Notes: generated by a model not told the origin, from the sequence alone. A DNA stretch of 54,188 nucleotides from an uncultured Planctomycetaceae bacterium (GCA_964642165.1 CAZXOC010000007.1:2776-56963); one strand, 5' to 3'; shown: positions 44,353-54,123, numbered from the stretch's first letter. Program-made: numbers and translations.

Positions 44353-45810
44353 TCAGGAGCAGATCGGGTCCACCCGGATGCCCGCGAGCTTGCCGTAGGC
44401 CCGGAACATCCTGGCCAGCTTGCCCAGGATGAACAGTTGGTGGAAGCCCTTCGTGTCGCGGGAATCCACCGCGTCGTTGGAGTCGGTGACCCCGTCCAGC
44501 TCGACCTCGACGGCCGTCCGGCAGCAGCCCGAGGGCGGCTGGGGGATGTTGGCCCGCACGCGGCCCGTGCCCACGATGATCCTCTCCGTCCCGGCGAACT
44601 CCATGACCGTGACGTCCCTGCCGACGGGCCAGAGCACCTGGAGCGACACGCCCGTGCGGGTGTGGTAGTCCCGCAGCACGAAGGGCGCCCGGTACGGCTT
44701 GTCGAACCCCTCGAGCCGGGTGGCCGACGTGCAATGGGCACCGATCAGCGTGTTGTGGACCGTGTTCGGCGAGGGGTCCTGCATGAACCCCGGGCGGTCG
44801 AACAGCAGGTGCGTCAGCAGCATGGACAGCGCCGCGTCGCGATCGGCCTCGCAGGCCGCCACCGTGCCCTCGTCCAGCAGCTTCGAGAAGGCCAGGCAGA
44901 CCGGGTTCTTCCAGCCCAGGCACGCGATCGTGATGCCCTGGCAGTCCTCGGCCTGCATCAGCCGGCGACAGACGACGTAGTTCTTGGCGGCCTCGAGCAC
45001 GTCCCGCTTCGTCGGCTCGGCGATCCGCCGGGCCTTGGCGGTGTAGAACTCGGCGATGGCACGGGTTTCCTTGCTCTCGGAGACCTTCTTGAGCTCCTCG
45101 CCGAAGCGCCGGGTCGGGATCCCATGGAAGGCCGTGCCGAGCCCCTTGGCCGTGCTGTCGCCCTTTCGGCCGACGACGAGGATCCGCGTGTGCCTCATCC
45201 GCCAGATGGCGTTCAGCATCCGCAGCGCGAACGAAAGCCAGCCGACGTCCTGGGTGGCGCCCAGGACGGTCCGCGGCGCGTTGCGCCCGCACTGCAGGTG
45301 GCTCGTGAAGCCGCTCAGGTGGCTGTACACGACGGTCGGGATGGCGCCGCGCTTCGCGACGATCTCGTTGACCGGCGCCCAGCCCTTCAGGCACATCGCG
45401 CCGACGATCAGGCCGTCGGGCGGCGACTTGGCCAGCTCCGCGAGATAGGCGGCCGGCGCGCCCTTGCCCCACAGGGGCTCCTCGCGCACGCGAAGCTGAA
45501 CGTCCAGCTTGCGGGCCGTCTCCCGCAAGGTCCTGACGAACAGCGCCTGCTGCGCCCGCGTGTCGCAGTTGCCGCCGGGCCAGCTCACGACGAACGGTTT
45601 GACCGGACGGACGAAGACCACGTTGACGACGGGCCTGGCCGTCGGGGCGGGCTTCGTCTCGGCGGCCAGCAGCGACGAGGCGAAGTCCAGCACGTCCAGG
45701 TGCGTCGCCGCCAGCGCGGCACCCGACGCGGTCAGGAAGCGGCGGCGATTCAGCCTCGTCGCACAGGGGGACGTCCCACAGCCTTCGGCACAACTGCTTT
45801 GGTCACACAC
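44353..45810 (-). CDS. Tat-exported L-fucose/L-arabinose isomerase-superfamily-like protein
   Basis: GTG start after GAGGAG; NRRRFL; CLAFSKLLDEG...ACEAD...PGFMQDP...AHCT...CRT...GFHQ pattern resembling the FucI/AraA C-terminal metal site. Confidence 0.65.
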   Translation of the reverse strand: MCDQSSCAEGCGTSPCATRLNRRRFLTASGAALAATHLDVLDFASSLLAAETKPAPTARPVVNVVFVRPVKPFVVSWPGGNCDTRAQQALFVRTLRETARKLDVQLRVREEPLWGKGAPAAYLAELAKSPPDGLIVGAMCLKGWAPVNEIVAKRGAIPTVVYSHLSGFTSHLQCGRNAPRTVLGATQDVGWLSFALRMLNAIWRMRHTRILVVGRKGDSTAKGLGTAFHGIPTRRFGEELKKVSESKETRAIAEFYTAKARRIAEPTKRDVLEAAKNYVVCRRLMQAEDCQGITIACLGWKNPVCLAFSKLLDEGTVAACEADRDAALSMLLTHLLFDRPGFMQDPSPNTVHNTLIGAHCTSATRLEGFDKPYRAPFVLRDYHTRTGVSLQVLWPVGRDVTVMEFAGTERIIVGTGRVRANIPQPPSGCCRTAVEVELDGVTDSNDAVDSRDTKGFHQLFILGKLARMFRAYGKLAGIRVDPICS

Positions 45811-45884
45811 GGGTTCTCTCCTCAGATGGCGGATCGCCGCACGTTGCTCGCGAGTCCCCCGCTCGCGCGGCAGGACGCGGGCCG

Positions 45885-46754
45885 CTACTTCTCCTCGGGA
45901 ATGCCCAGCTCCGCCAGCGTGCCGCGCAGCCAGGCCAGCGACTTCTCGATCAGGGGCCCGCCCTGGCCCTCGCACTCCATGCTGAGCGTGCCGTCGAAGC
46001 CGGCGTCGCGGAGGATCTCCAGGCACCGGCGGATGTTGTCGGCGTTGACGCCGTCGCCGATGGCGCAGGCGCTGACGGCGATGCCGGTCTGCTCGCCGCG
46101 GGCCGCCGCCGCCAGCGACTCCGAGACGTCCTTGACGTGCACGTGCGCGACCTTGTCCACGAACCGCCGCACGAACGCGACGGGGTCCTGCCCCGCGATG
46201 AACGTGTTGCCCGTGTCCAGGTTCATCCGCAGGCGCGGGCTGTCGACGAAGGCCAGCATCTCCGCCATCCGGTCGGGGTCCGTCGTGAAGTAGCCGTGCA
46301 CCTCGATCGTGACGATGATCTCGTGCGCCTCGGCGACGCGGAGGATCTGCCGGTAGCTGCGCTCCATGATGCCCATGGCGTCGGCGTCCTCCAGGCCCTC
46401 GGGCTTGTGCAGGCCGTCCGTCGTCGCCACGGCCGGGGCGCCCGCCAGGTGCGCCCACGGGATGCTCTTCAGCACGTAGGGCACGCCGCGGATCGGGCCG
46501 TCCTCGCCCGACAGCGGATACGCCGCGTCCACCTGGGAGAACCGCACGCCGTGGTCGGCCATCTTGCGGGCCAGGAGCACGGGGTCCTCGTACAGCGCGA
46601 CGTGCGGCTGGTAGCCCAGGCCGTGGATCCAGCTCGCCCCGTCGATCAGCCCGCACTCGATGTAGTGCACGTCGTTGCGCTGGGCCCATTCGAGGCAGGC
46701 ATCGAAGTTCCAGTAGGCGGAGTTGAACGCGTCGGTGTGGAATCCGATCTTCAT
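45885..46754 (-). CDS. Cytoplasmic xylose-isomerase-like TIM barrel (sugar phosphate isomerase/epimerase family)
   Basis: TIEVHG, NLDTGN, HVHVKD, IGDGVN, LSMECE (E-D-H-E metal ligands). Confidence 0.9.
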   Translation of the reverse strand: MKIGFHTDAFNSAYWNFDACLEWAQRNDVHYIECGLIDGASWIHGLGYQPHVALYEDPVLLARKMADHGVRFSQVDAAYPLSGEDGPIRGVPYVLKSIPWAHLAGAPAVATTDGLHKPEGLEDADAMGIMERSYRQILRVAEAHEIIVTIEVHGYFTTDPDRMAEMLAFVDSPRLRMNLDTGNTFIAGQDPVAFVRRFVDKVAHVHVKDVSESLAAAARGEQTGIAVSACAIGDGVNADNIRRCLEILRDAGFDGTLSMECEGQGGPLIEKSLAWLRGTLAELGIPEEK

Positions 46755-46782
46755 CGCCGGCTCTCCCTTCCGAGCTGTCTGC

Positions 46783-47607
46783 TCACACGATGCCGCGGAA
46801 CCACTCCAGGCTCCGCGCGGTGTTGGCCTCGCCCTTGGTCTCCAGGCTCATCACGCCGCTCCAGCCGCCTTCCTTCAGCAGCTCGACGATGCCGCGGATG
46901 TTGTCCGCGTTGATGCCCTGCCCGACGTGCACCTCGCTGGCGGCGATGCCGGTTTCCTCGCCGATGCTCTCCCGCAGCTCCGGCGCGACGTCCTTCACGT
47001 GGAAGTGCTTGATCCACGGCAGCAGCCGGCGCGTCATCTCGACGGGATCGTTGCCGGCCACGAACGCGTTGCCCGTGTCGAAGTTCACGCCCAGCAGCGG
47101 GTCGTCGATCTCCTCCATCAGCCGCACCATCAGCTCCAGGTTCGTGGTCAGCGGCCCGTGGGGCTCGATGTTGATGCCGACGTCGTGGGTGCGCGCCACG
47201 ACCAGCGCCTCGCCGAGGTGGTACACCGCGCGGCGGAAGACCTCCTCCAGCGTCATGCCGTCGGGGACCTCCGCGCCGTCGGTCGTCGCGACGTACGGGC
47301 AGTCGATCGCCCGCGCCATCCGGATGCCGTTGATGAGGTAGGGAATCGACTGCCAGCGGTGCAGGGCGTAGTGGCAGTCCAGTTGGCTGACCCGCAGGTC
47401 GTGCCGCGCCAGCTCCGCCCGGAGGGCCATCGGGTCCTGGTTCAGCGAGATGGCCGGCGAGAAGCCGAGCCCCTCGAAGAAGTCCTGCCCGTCGACGGTG
47501 TTGATCTCGACGACGTCGCAGCCCTGGGCGCGGCACCACTCGAAGACGTACGTGATGCTGCGGTCGTCGTGGCGGAAGTTGTCGCTGGCGATACCGATCT
47601 CGATCAT
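46783..47607 (-). CDS. Cytoplasmic xylose-isomerase-like TIM barrel (paralog of 45885-46754)
   Basis: NIEPHG, NFDTGN, HFHVKD, VGQGIN, MSLET. Confidence 0.9.
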   Translation of the reverse strand: MIEIGIASDNFRHDDRSITYVFEWCRAQGCDVVEINTVDGQDFFEGLGFSPAISLNQDPMALRAELARHDLRVSQLDCHYALHRWQSIPYLINGIRMARAIDCPYVATTDGAEVPDGMTLEEVFRRAVYHLGEALVVARTHDVGINIEPHGPLTTNLELMVRLMEEIDDPLLGVNFDTGNAFVAGNDPVEMTRRLLPWIKHFHVKDVAPELRESIGEETGIAASEVHVGQGINADNIRGIVELLKEGGWSGVMSLETKGEANTARSLEWFRGIV

Positions 47608-47659
47608 GGGCCCGTTCCTTTCGTCGATGGGGCGGCGAGTTGTGGGACGTGCCTCCGGC

Positions 47660-50600
47660 TCAGGGCTTCGCCGCCGGGTCCAGCCCCGCCGACCACGCCG
47701 TGCCGCGGCGGTACAGCTCCAGCACGGCCGGGCCGAACGCCTTCACGTCGTGGCCCAGCACGGAGTGGAACACCCGCCCCGTCCCGTAGCTCAGCACGAA
47801 CGCCATGGGGTAGTCCTTCTTGTCCACCTTGCTGGTCGCAGCGGCCAGCACGCGGATGGGCGCCTCGCCGGCCAGGCAGGTGTACAGCTCGTCGTGGGTC
47901 TCGAACGCCTTCAGCCCGCGCGTGACGGGGTGGTCCGCGTCGACGATGCGGACGCGGAAGCCCCCGCGCGGGTCGTGCCCGCGGAGCTTCGGGTTCCACG
48001 CCCGCCCCGCCAGCCGGGCGAACTCCTTCCAGCCCTGGAACGCCCCGCACGCGAAGTGGACCAGCACCAGCCCCTTGCCGCCGGCGACGGCCTTGCGCAG
48101 GTTCTCGCGGGCCGCCGGCCCGGGGTCGGGCTGCTGCCAGTTCATGAAGTGCAGCACGATCACGTCGTAGTCGCCCAGCTTCGGCGAGGCCAGGAACGCC
48201 GGCGTCTCGACCACTTCGACGGCCAGACGCGGGTCCTTGTCGAGCCCGGCCGCCAGCACCGGCGCGGTCAGCCGCCACTTGTGACCGGGGTAGTCGATGC
48301 CGGTAACGATCAGCACGCGCTTGGCCGCCTTCTTGCCGGGCTTGAGGGGCACGGGCTTCGTCGCGCGCTTGGCGCGCTTGGCGGGACCCGCGGCGGGCTT
48401 GCCGCGCGGAGGCGCCTGCGGCGGCATGGGCTTGGCCGGCGCCGACTCCGCCTCGGACTCCCACAGCCAGACCTCGCTGACCACCACGTTGGGGTTGCCC
48501 TCGTTGCGGAACGTCACGCGCACCGTGCCGAACGCGCTCATCTCGCGCGGCACGAGCAGCGTTCTCGCCCCGGCGAGCTTCCGCCCCTGCGCGTAGGACG
48601 GCAGCTTCGTCGGCCCGAGGAGCTTCACTTCGCGCGCGGGCTTGCCCGCCGACAGCCACACCGACTGCCGCCGCGCGTCGTGGTCGAAGTCCCACCAACT
48701 GAAGGCGAGCCGGTACGCCCGCGTCGCGCCGAGCCCGGCGATCTCGAAGCTCACCTCGCGCCCGGCGAAGTGGACCGTGCCGTCCTGCGGCCGCCCGACG
48801 CGGTCGCTGCCGGGCCAGGCGTGCTGCTGGCAGGCCAGGACGCGAAGCGTCGGCGCGCCCTTGCGCCCGTCGGTGAAGTCGGGCCCGCAGTCGAGGTAGC
48901 ACGCCAGCCGGTAGCCCTTGGGCGCGGTCTTGGCCAGCTCGGCCTTCCGCGCCTCGCTGCGCTTCTTGTCGGCCCGGATAGGGCGGCTGCCTGCACGACG
49001 CGGGGGCCGGAGCGCCTCGGCGTGCAGGGCCTTGCCCTGCGCCAGCAGCCGGGCGTCGGTGACCTTGGCCTGGAACGTCTCCATGCCGGCGCGGACGGCC
49101 GCCCGGTCGCTTCTCAGCAGGGCCCGGCCGATCTTCAGGGCGGCCGCCGCCGCTTCCTTCCGCACCTCGCCGTCGTCCAGGAACGACACGGTCAACTCCA
49201 GCGCCGCCGCATCCGGCACGTCGCCCAGGGCCGACAGCAGCAGCCGCTTGGCGGCCGCCGTCGTGGCAATCGCCCGCACCTCCCGGAGCATCGCAAGCCG
49301 CTTCGCCCCGGCGCCCCGCGCCAGCCGCAGGTACCCGCGCAGTGCCAGCGCTCGATGCACCGCGCTCCGGCCGCTCCGCGCGAGCTCGAGCAGGTCGCCG
49401 GCGGCCGCGACGGTCGACCAGTTCGCCAGGGCGCGGACGGCGGCGTCGGCCACCTCGGCGTCCGGGTGCCCGACGTGCTCCCGCACCGCCCGGAGCGGCT
49501 CGCTGGCGCGGGCGACGCTGAGCAGCCGCAGTAGCGGCGGCTTGGAGGTCGCCGGCGCCCTCTTCAGCGCGGCCAGCAGCCGCTGGTTGCGTCCGCCCAG
49601 ATCGCCCGTCCGTCCGCCGATCGCCAGGGCGGCCTTCTCCGCGGCCTGTCTCGCCGCGGCCGAGGGGGGAGACGGCGGCGAGACGATCAGGTCCAGCAGC
49701 TTGGGATACTCGCCCGGCCCGCCCGCCAGCGCGAGGGCCTCGAAGGCGGCAACGCGGATCGATTGATCCGGGTCCGCGGCGAGGCGGATGAGCGTCGGCC
49801 CCGCGCCCGGGGCCCGCCGCGACGCGAGCGCCCGGATCGCCTCGACGCGAAGAGGCGCCTCGCCCTTCCCCGCCGCCGCGGCCAGCTCCCGGTCCACGCC
49901 GGGGCCCCGCAGCCGCGACAGACTCGCCCGGGCGGCGCCCTGGACGGCACGCGTGTCCGTCGCCGCGAGGCGCACGAGGGCGGCGACGCTCGCGGCGTCG
50001 CCGAGCGCGCCCGTCGCGCGGGCGGCTGCCACGCGGACCGCCTCGTCCTTCTCGCCCAGGCGCTTCGCGACGGCCGCCGCCGCCGAGCGATCCCCCCGCT
50101 CGCCGAGAATCCCGATCAGCAGGGCACGATCCGGCGGGCTCAGCCCGTCGAGCTGCTCCACGAGCGCGCCCGTCGCCTTCGGCCCCGGCACGCGCCGCGC
50201 CAGACGCAGCGCCGTGGCCCGCAGGCGGGCATCCTCCTGCCCCATTGCCCGCAGGACGTCCGGCAGGGCGCGCTCGCGGGCGACCCGGACGAGGCCCGAC
50301 AGGGCCGCGATACGCAGGCGGGCGGACGCCCCCGGACCGAGCATTGCCCGGTACGCGGCCTCCGCGGGCTCGGCGTGACCGGCGGCGGCGAGATTCTCGG
50401 CACACCGGAGCTGCGCGTCGAGCAGCGCGTCCAGGGCGGCGAGCACGTTCGACATGCCCCGCGCCCTGGCCAGGACGGCGGCGGCCTCGGGCGTGCCGAC
50501 CTCGCCCAGCGCGCGGACGGCGGCGTTGGCGATGTCCCGCTTCGTGCCGGACACCAGCCGCGACAGCCCCTCGACGGCCCTCGCGTCGCGCCGGTCGCCC

Positions 50601-51055
50601 AGCGAGTTGATCACGCCGATCAGGGCCGGGCCCTTGACCTCGGCCAGCGCAGCGCGAAGGACCTTGCCCGACGCCTCGCCGGGGATGCCCGCCAGGGCCC
50701 GCCGGGCGGGCTCGACCATATCGGGCTCGGCCAGCAGCGTCGCCAGCCGCCCCACGTGCTCGTCGGAGGCCACCAGCGAGAGCTGGCCGCAGAGGAACAC
50801 CTTGACGGCGCGGCTCGTGCCCGGGTGGGTCAGGACGGCCAGCAGGGCGTCGGCCACTTCCCGCCGGCGGGCCGGGTCGTTCGTCGCGCGGGCGACGAGG
50901 GCCTCGACCGCCCGCAGCGGCTGCTCGGCGTCGCCGGGCTTGAGCCTTCCGAGGACGCCGACCACCTCGCTGACGGGTGGCGTCTTCCGGCCGAACGCCA
51001 CCGGCGCCGCCAGGCACGCCGTCACCGCCAGCACGCCGATTCGACTGCTCATCAT
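47660..51055 (-). CDS. Secreted HEAT-repeat protein with a beta-sandwich domain and a C-terminal ThuA-like domain
   Basis: Start MMSSRIGVLAVTAC; many HEAT repeats; YRLACYLDCG...FSWWDFD domain; ThuA motifs RVLIVTG..YPGHKW, GKGLVLVH, HPVTRGL, DELY, GRVFHSVLGHD. Confidence 0.85.
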   Translation of the reverse strand: MMSSRIGVLAVTACLAAPVAFGRKTPPVSEVVGVLGRLKPGDAEQPLRAVEALVARATNDPARRREVADALLAVLTHPGTSRAVKVFLCGQLSLVASDEHVGRLATLLAEPDMVEPARRALAGIPGEASGKVLRAALAEVKGPALIGVINSLGDRRDARAVEGLSRLVSGTKRDIANAAVRALGEVGTPEAAAVLARARGMSNVLAALDALLDAQLRCAENLAAAGHAEPAEAAYRAMLGPGASARLRIAALSGLVRVARERALPDVLRAMGQEDARLRATALRLARRVPGPKATGALVEQLDGLSPPDRALLIGILGERGDRSAAAAVAKRLGEKDEAVRVAAARATGALGDAASVAALVRLAATDTRAVQGAARASLSRLRGPGVDRELAAAAGKGEAPLRVEAIRALASRRAPGAGPTLIRLAADPDQSIRVAAFEALALAGGPGEYPKLLDLIVSPPSPPSAAARQAAEKAALAIGGRTGDLGGRNQRLLAALKRAPATSKPPLLRLLSVARASEPLRAVREHVGHPDAEVADAAVRALANWSTVAAAGDLLELARSGRSAVHRALALRGYLRLARGAGAKRLAMLREVRAIATTAAAKRLLLSALGDVPDAAALELTVSFLDDGEVRKEAAAAALKIGRALLRSDRAAVRAGMETFQAKVTDARLLAQGKALHAEALRPPRRAGSRPIRADKKRSEARKAELAKTAPKGYRLACYLDCGPDFTDGRKGAPTLRVLACQQHAWPGSDRVGRPQDGTVHFAGREVSFEIAGLGATRAYRLAFSWWDFDHDARRQSVWLSAGKPAREVKLLGPTKLPSYAQGRKLAGARTLLVPREMSAFGTVRVTFRNEGNPNVVVSEVWLWESEAESAPAKPMPPQAPPRGKPAAGPAKRAKRATKPVPLKPGKKAAKRVLIVTGIDYPGHKWRLTAPVLAAGLDKDPRLAVEVVETPAFLASPKLGDYDVIVLHFMNWQQPDPGPAARENLRKAVAGGKGLVLVHFACGAFQGWKEFARLAGRAWNPKLRGHDPRGGFRVRIVDADHPVTRGLKAFETHDELYTCLAGEAPIRVLAAATSKVDKKDYPMAFVLSYGTGRVFHSVLGHDVKAFGPAVLELYRRGTAWSAGLDPAAKP

Positions 51056-51096
51056 GGGTTGGGCTCCGTCCAGGTTGCGGCGGGAAGGCCGGGGCG

Positions 51097-52425
51097 TCAC
51101 AGGCTCCACGGCGAGCGCATCGGGCGGCGGAGCATGCGGTTGGCCGCCTCGTCGCCGACGAAGCGCTCGGTCTTCCAGTCCCACCTCAGCTTGCGCCCGA
51201 GGCGCGTGGCGATGTCGCCGACGAGGGTGATGGCCGTCGCGCGGTGCCCGGCCTCGACGGGCGCGACGCAGTCGCGCCGGCTGCGGATGCACTCCAGGAA
51301 GTTCCCGTGGTGGTTGCCGGACACGTAGAGGTGCTCGTCGCCGGGCTTGAGGGCCACCTTGAGCAGCCCGGCCGGCTCGGCGCGGATGCCGCCGCGGCTG
51401 ACGTGCACCCAGCCCTCCGAGCCGATGAACCGGCAGCCCTGCGGGTGCCGGCGGTTGTCGGTGAAGCTGAAGACCGCGCCGCCGGGCGCGGTATAGGTCA
51501 CGCGCCAGGTGATGGACGTGTTGGCGATGCCGTCGTCGGGGAAGGTGGCCGTGCCCTCGACCTCCAGGGGCGACTCGAGCAGCTCGGGCGCCCCCCAGAG
51601 GGCGATGTCGCAGTGGTGCACGCCCCAGGACTCGATCCACCCCGCGCAGTAGTCGTAGATGAAGTACCAGTTGTACGTGCACTTCAGCTTGTTGTACGGC
51701 GTGACGGGCGACGGGCCGAGCCACAGGTCGTAGTCCAGCTCCGGCGGCACGGGGGCCGGCGGGGCGTTCGGCAGGGCCCGTCCGCCGGGCACGCCCACCT
51801 CCACGCGCCGCAGCTCGCCCAGGTAGCCGTTGCGCGCCAGCTCGCAGGCGAAGCGGAAGTTCCGCCCGCTGCGCTGCTGCGTGCCGACCTGGAAGACCGT
51901 CCCGTACCGCCCCACTGCGCGGCACAGCCGGCGCCCCTCGTCCACCGTCAGGCTGAGGGCCTTCTCGCAGTAGACGTCCTTTCCCGCCGCCGCCGCCCGC
52001 GAGGCGTGCAGCGCGTGCCAGTGCTCCGGCGAGGCGATCACCACGGCGTCGATGTCGTCGCGGGCCAGCAGCTCGCGGAAGTCGCCGCAGGCAAGGCAGC
52101 CGCCGCCCGCCGCGCTGCCGTAGCGGGCGTCCACGCGCTTCTTGTTGGCGTCGGCCTTGGGCTTGTTCGCGTCGCAGACCGCCAGCACCTGCGTGTCGCC
52201 CCGGCCGAGCAGCGAGCCCACGTGCCCGCTGCCGCGCCCGCCCGTGCCGATGAAGCCCAGAGCGATCCGCTCGCTGGGCGCGGCGCGGCCCGCTCCGCCC
52301 AGCGACGTCGCCGGCAGGACGTAGGGCGCGGCGATCGAGGCCGCCGCCCCGCCCAGGAACCGGCGGCGCGACATGCCCGCCCCGCTTCGCCGGCGGACGC
52401 CGCCGCCGGAAGACTGTCCGTCCAT
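51097..52425 (-). CDS. Tat-exported Gfo/Idh/MocA oxidoreductase
   Basis: SRRRFL; GFIGTGGRG, PEHWH, CEKA, QVGTQQRS, WLGPSP, WGVHHCD; GAAAGG RBS. Confidence 0.93.
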   Translation of the reverse strand: MDGQSSGGGVRRRSGAGMSRRRFLGGAAASIAAPYVLPATSLGGAGRAAPSERIALGFIGTGGRGSGHVGSLLGRGDTQVLAVCDANKPKADANKKRVDARYGSAAGGGCLACGDFRELLARDDIDAVVIASPEHWHALHASRAAAAGKDVYCEKALSLTVDEGRRLCRAVGRYGTVFQVGTQQRSGRNFRFACELARNGYLGELRRVEVGVPGGRALPNAPPAPVPPELDYDLWLGPSPVTPYNKLKCTYNWYFIYDYCAGWIESWGVHHCDIALWGAPELLESPLEVEGTATFPDDGIANTSITWRVTYTAPGGAVFSFTDNRRHPQGCRFIGSEGWVHVSRGGIRAEPAGLLKVALKPGDEHLYVSGNHHGNFLECIRSRRDCVAPVEAGHRATAITLVGDIATRLGRKLRWDWKTERFVGDEAANRMLRRPMRSPWSL

Positions 52426-52574
52426 TTCCGTGGCCCTTTCCTTCTGAACGCGCCGGACGCCTCGCCGGGCAGCGTACCGCCGCCGGAGACGGGATGCAAC
52501 CGCCCCCGCGGCCCCGATCCCCACCAGGGGGATGCGAGGTCCGGAGCGTTTCCCGTTCCCGCGCGATATCGCGC

Positions 52575-52602
52575 TTGTCGATGCCGTACGGCAAGGTAGA
52601 AT
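52575..52602 (+). promoter_or_regulatory. Sigma70-like promoter for argG
   Basis: TTGTCG-16 nt-TAGAAT; AAGGAG RBS before ATG 52636. Confidence 0.6.
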
Positions 52603-52635
52603 GCGCGGTTTCCGCAAGCGACAAGGAGCGGACCC

Positions 52636-53847
52636 ATGGCAAAGAAGGTCAAGAAGATCGTGCTGGCCTACTCCGGCGGGCTGGACACCTCGGTGATCCT
52701 GCCGTGGCTGAAGGAGAAGTACGGCTGCGAGGTGATCGCCTTCGCGGCCGACCTGGGCCAGGGCAAGGGCGAGCTGGACGGCATCGAGGCCAAGGCCCTC
52801 GCCAGCGGGGCCAGCCGCTGCGTCGTCGCCGACCTGCGCCGGGAGTTCGCCGAGCAGTACTGCTTCCGCGTCCTCGCGGCGGGGGGCGTCTACGAGCACG
52901 TCTACCTGCTGGGCACGTCGATCGCTCGCCCGCTGATCGCCAAGGCCCAGGTCGCCTGCGCCCGGAAGGTCAAGGCCGACGCCGTCGCCCACGGCGCCAC
53001 GGGCAAGGGCAACGACCAGGTCCGCTTCGAGCTGACCTACATGGCCCTGGCGCCGAAGCTGAGGATCATCTCGCCCTGGAAGGACCCGGACTTCATCGCC
53101 GAGCTGTCCAGCCGGGAGCAGGCCATCGAGTACGCCAAGGCGCGGGGCATCCCCATCGCCCAGTCGAAGAGGAAGATCTACTCGCGGGACCGCAACCTGT
53201 GGCACATCTCGCACGAGGGCGCGGACCTGGAGGACCTGGCCAACATGCCCAGGGACGACCTGTGGGTGATGAGCGTGCCGGTCCGCAAGGCGCCCAACAC
53301 GCCCGCCTCCGTGCAGATCGGCTTCCGGGCCGGGCGGCCCGTCTCGCTGGACGGCGTGCGCCTGGGCGGGCACGACCTCGTCGAGCGCCTCAACAAGCTC
53401 GGCGGCAAGCACGCCGTCGGGCAGGTCGACCTGGTCGAGAACCGCCTGGTCGGCATCAAGAGCCGCGGCGCCTACGAGACGCCCGGCGGGACGATCCTCT
53501 TCGAGGCCCACCGCGCCCTGGAGAGCGTCACCCTCGACCGCCAGACGCTGCACTACAAGCAGCAGGTCGCCCTCCAGTACGCCGAGATGGTCTACTTCGG
53601 GCAGTGGTTCTGCCCGCTGCGCCGGGCCCTGGACGCCTTCGTCGACGCGACGCAGCAGGACGTGACCGGCTCGGTGCGGATGCGGCTGTTCAAGGGCCAC
53701 GCCCGCGTCGCCGGCATCGACTCGCCCAAGAGCCTCTACTCCGGCAAGCTCGCCAGCTTCGCCATGGGCGAGGAGTACACCCCCACCGACGCCATCGGCT
53801 TCATCCGCCTCTTCGGCCTCCAGATGAAGGGGCGCGGCAAGGCGTAG
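52636..53847 (+). CDS. argG: Argininosuccinate synthase
   Basis: LAYSGGLDTS, LGTSIARP, HGATGKGNDQVRFE, YSRDRNLWHISHEG, ENRLVGIKSRGAYETPGG. Confidence 0.98.
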   Translation: MAKKVKKIVLAYSGGLDTSVILPWLKEKYGCEVIAFAADLGQGKGELDGIEAKALASGASRCVVADLRREFAEQYCFRVLAAGGVYEHVYLLGTSIARPLIAKAQVACARKVKADAVAHGATGKGNDQVRFELTYMALAPKLRIISPWKDPDFIAELSSREQAIEYAKARGIPIAQSKRKIYSRDRNLWHISHEGADLEDLANMPRDDLWVMSVPVRKAPNTPASVQIGFRAGRPVSLDGVRLGGHDLVERLNKLGGKHAVGQVDLVENRLVGIKSRGAYETPGGTILFEAHRALESVTLDRQTLHYKQQVALQYAEMVYFGQWFCPLRRALDAFVDATQQDVTGSVRMRLFKGHARVAGIDSPKSLYSGKLASFAMGEEYTPTDAIGFIRLFGLQMKGRGKA

Positions 53848-54123
53848 GCGCCCGGGGCCGGGCAGGCCCGCGGGCCTCCCTCCCCACACGGCCCCACACC
53901 GCCGGAACGTCATTTTGCGCGACACTCCTGCGCAAGGAAGAAGCTATAAATCTTTAATTGGAAATGCCTTACATATACTGCGCCCTCGGGCTGCGGCCGA
54001 AAAGAAACTAAAACAGTACGGTTTCCTGGGCGCCAGTATTCCTCCCACCGCTTGGCGGTCGCTGCGACCAGCACCAAGGGGCAGGATGTCAGGAAGTTTT
54101 CCCGGATTTGCCGGATTTCCTGT

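Noticed and set aside
75-53957. Many very long ORFs in the track (e.g. 75-2567 +, 5922-9851 +, 11222-14875 -, 18521-23398 -, 36392-40330 -, 47604-51017 -)
   Set aside because: Antisense or off-frame shadows of real genes, expected in stop-poor high-GC DNA. Their translations are Arg/Gly/Pro- or Val/Asp-biased with no motifs.
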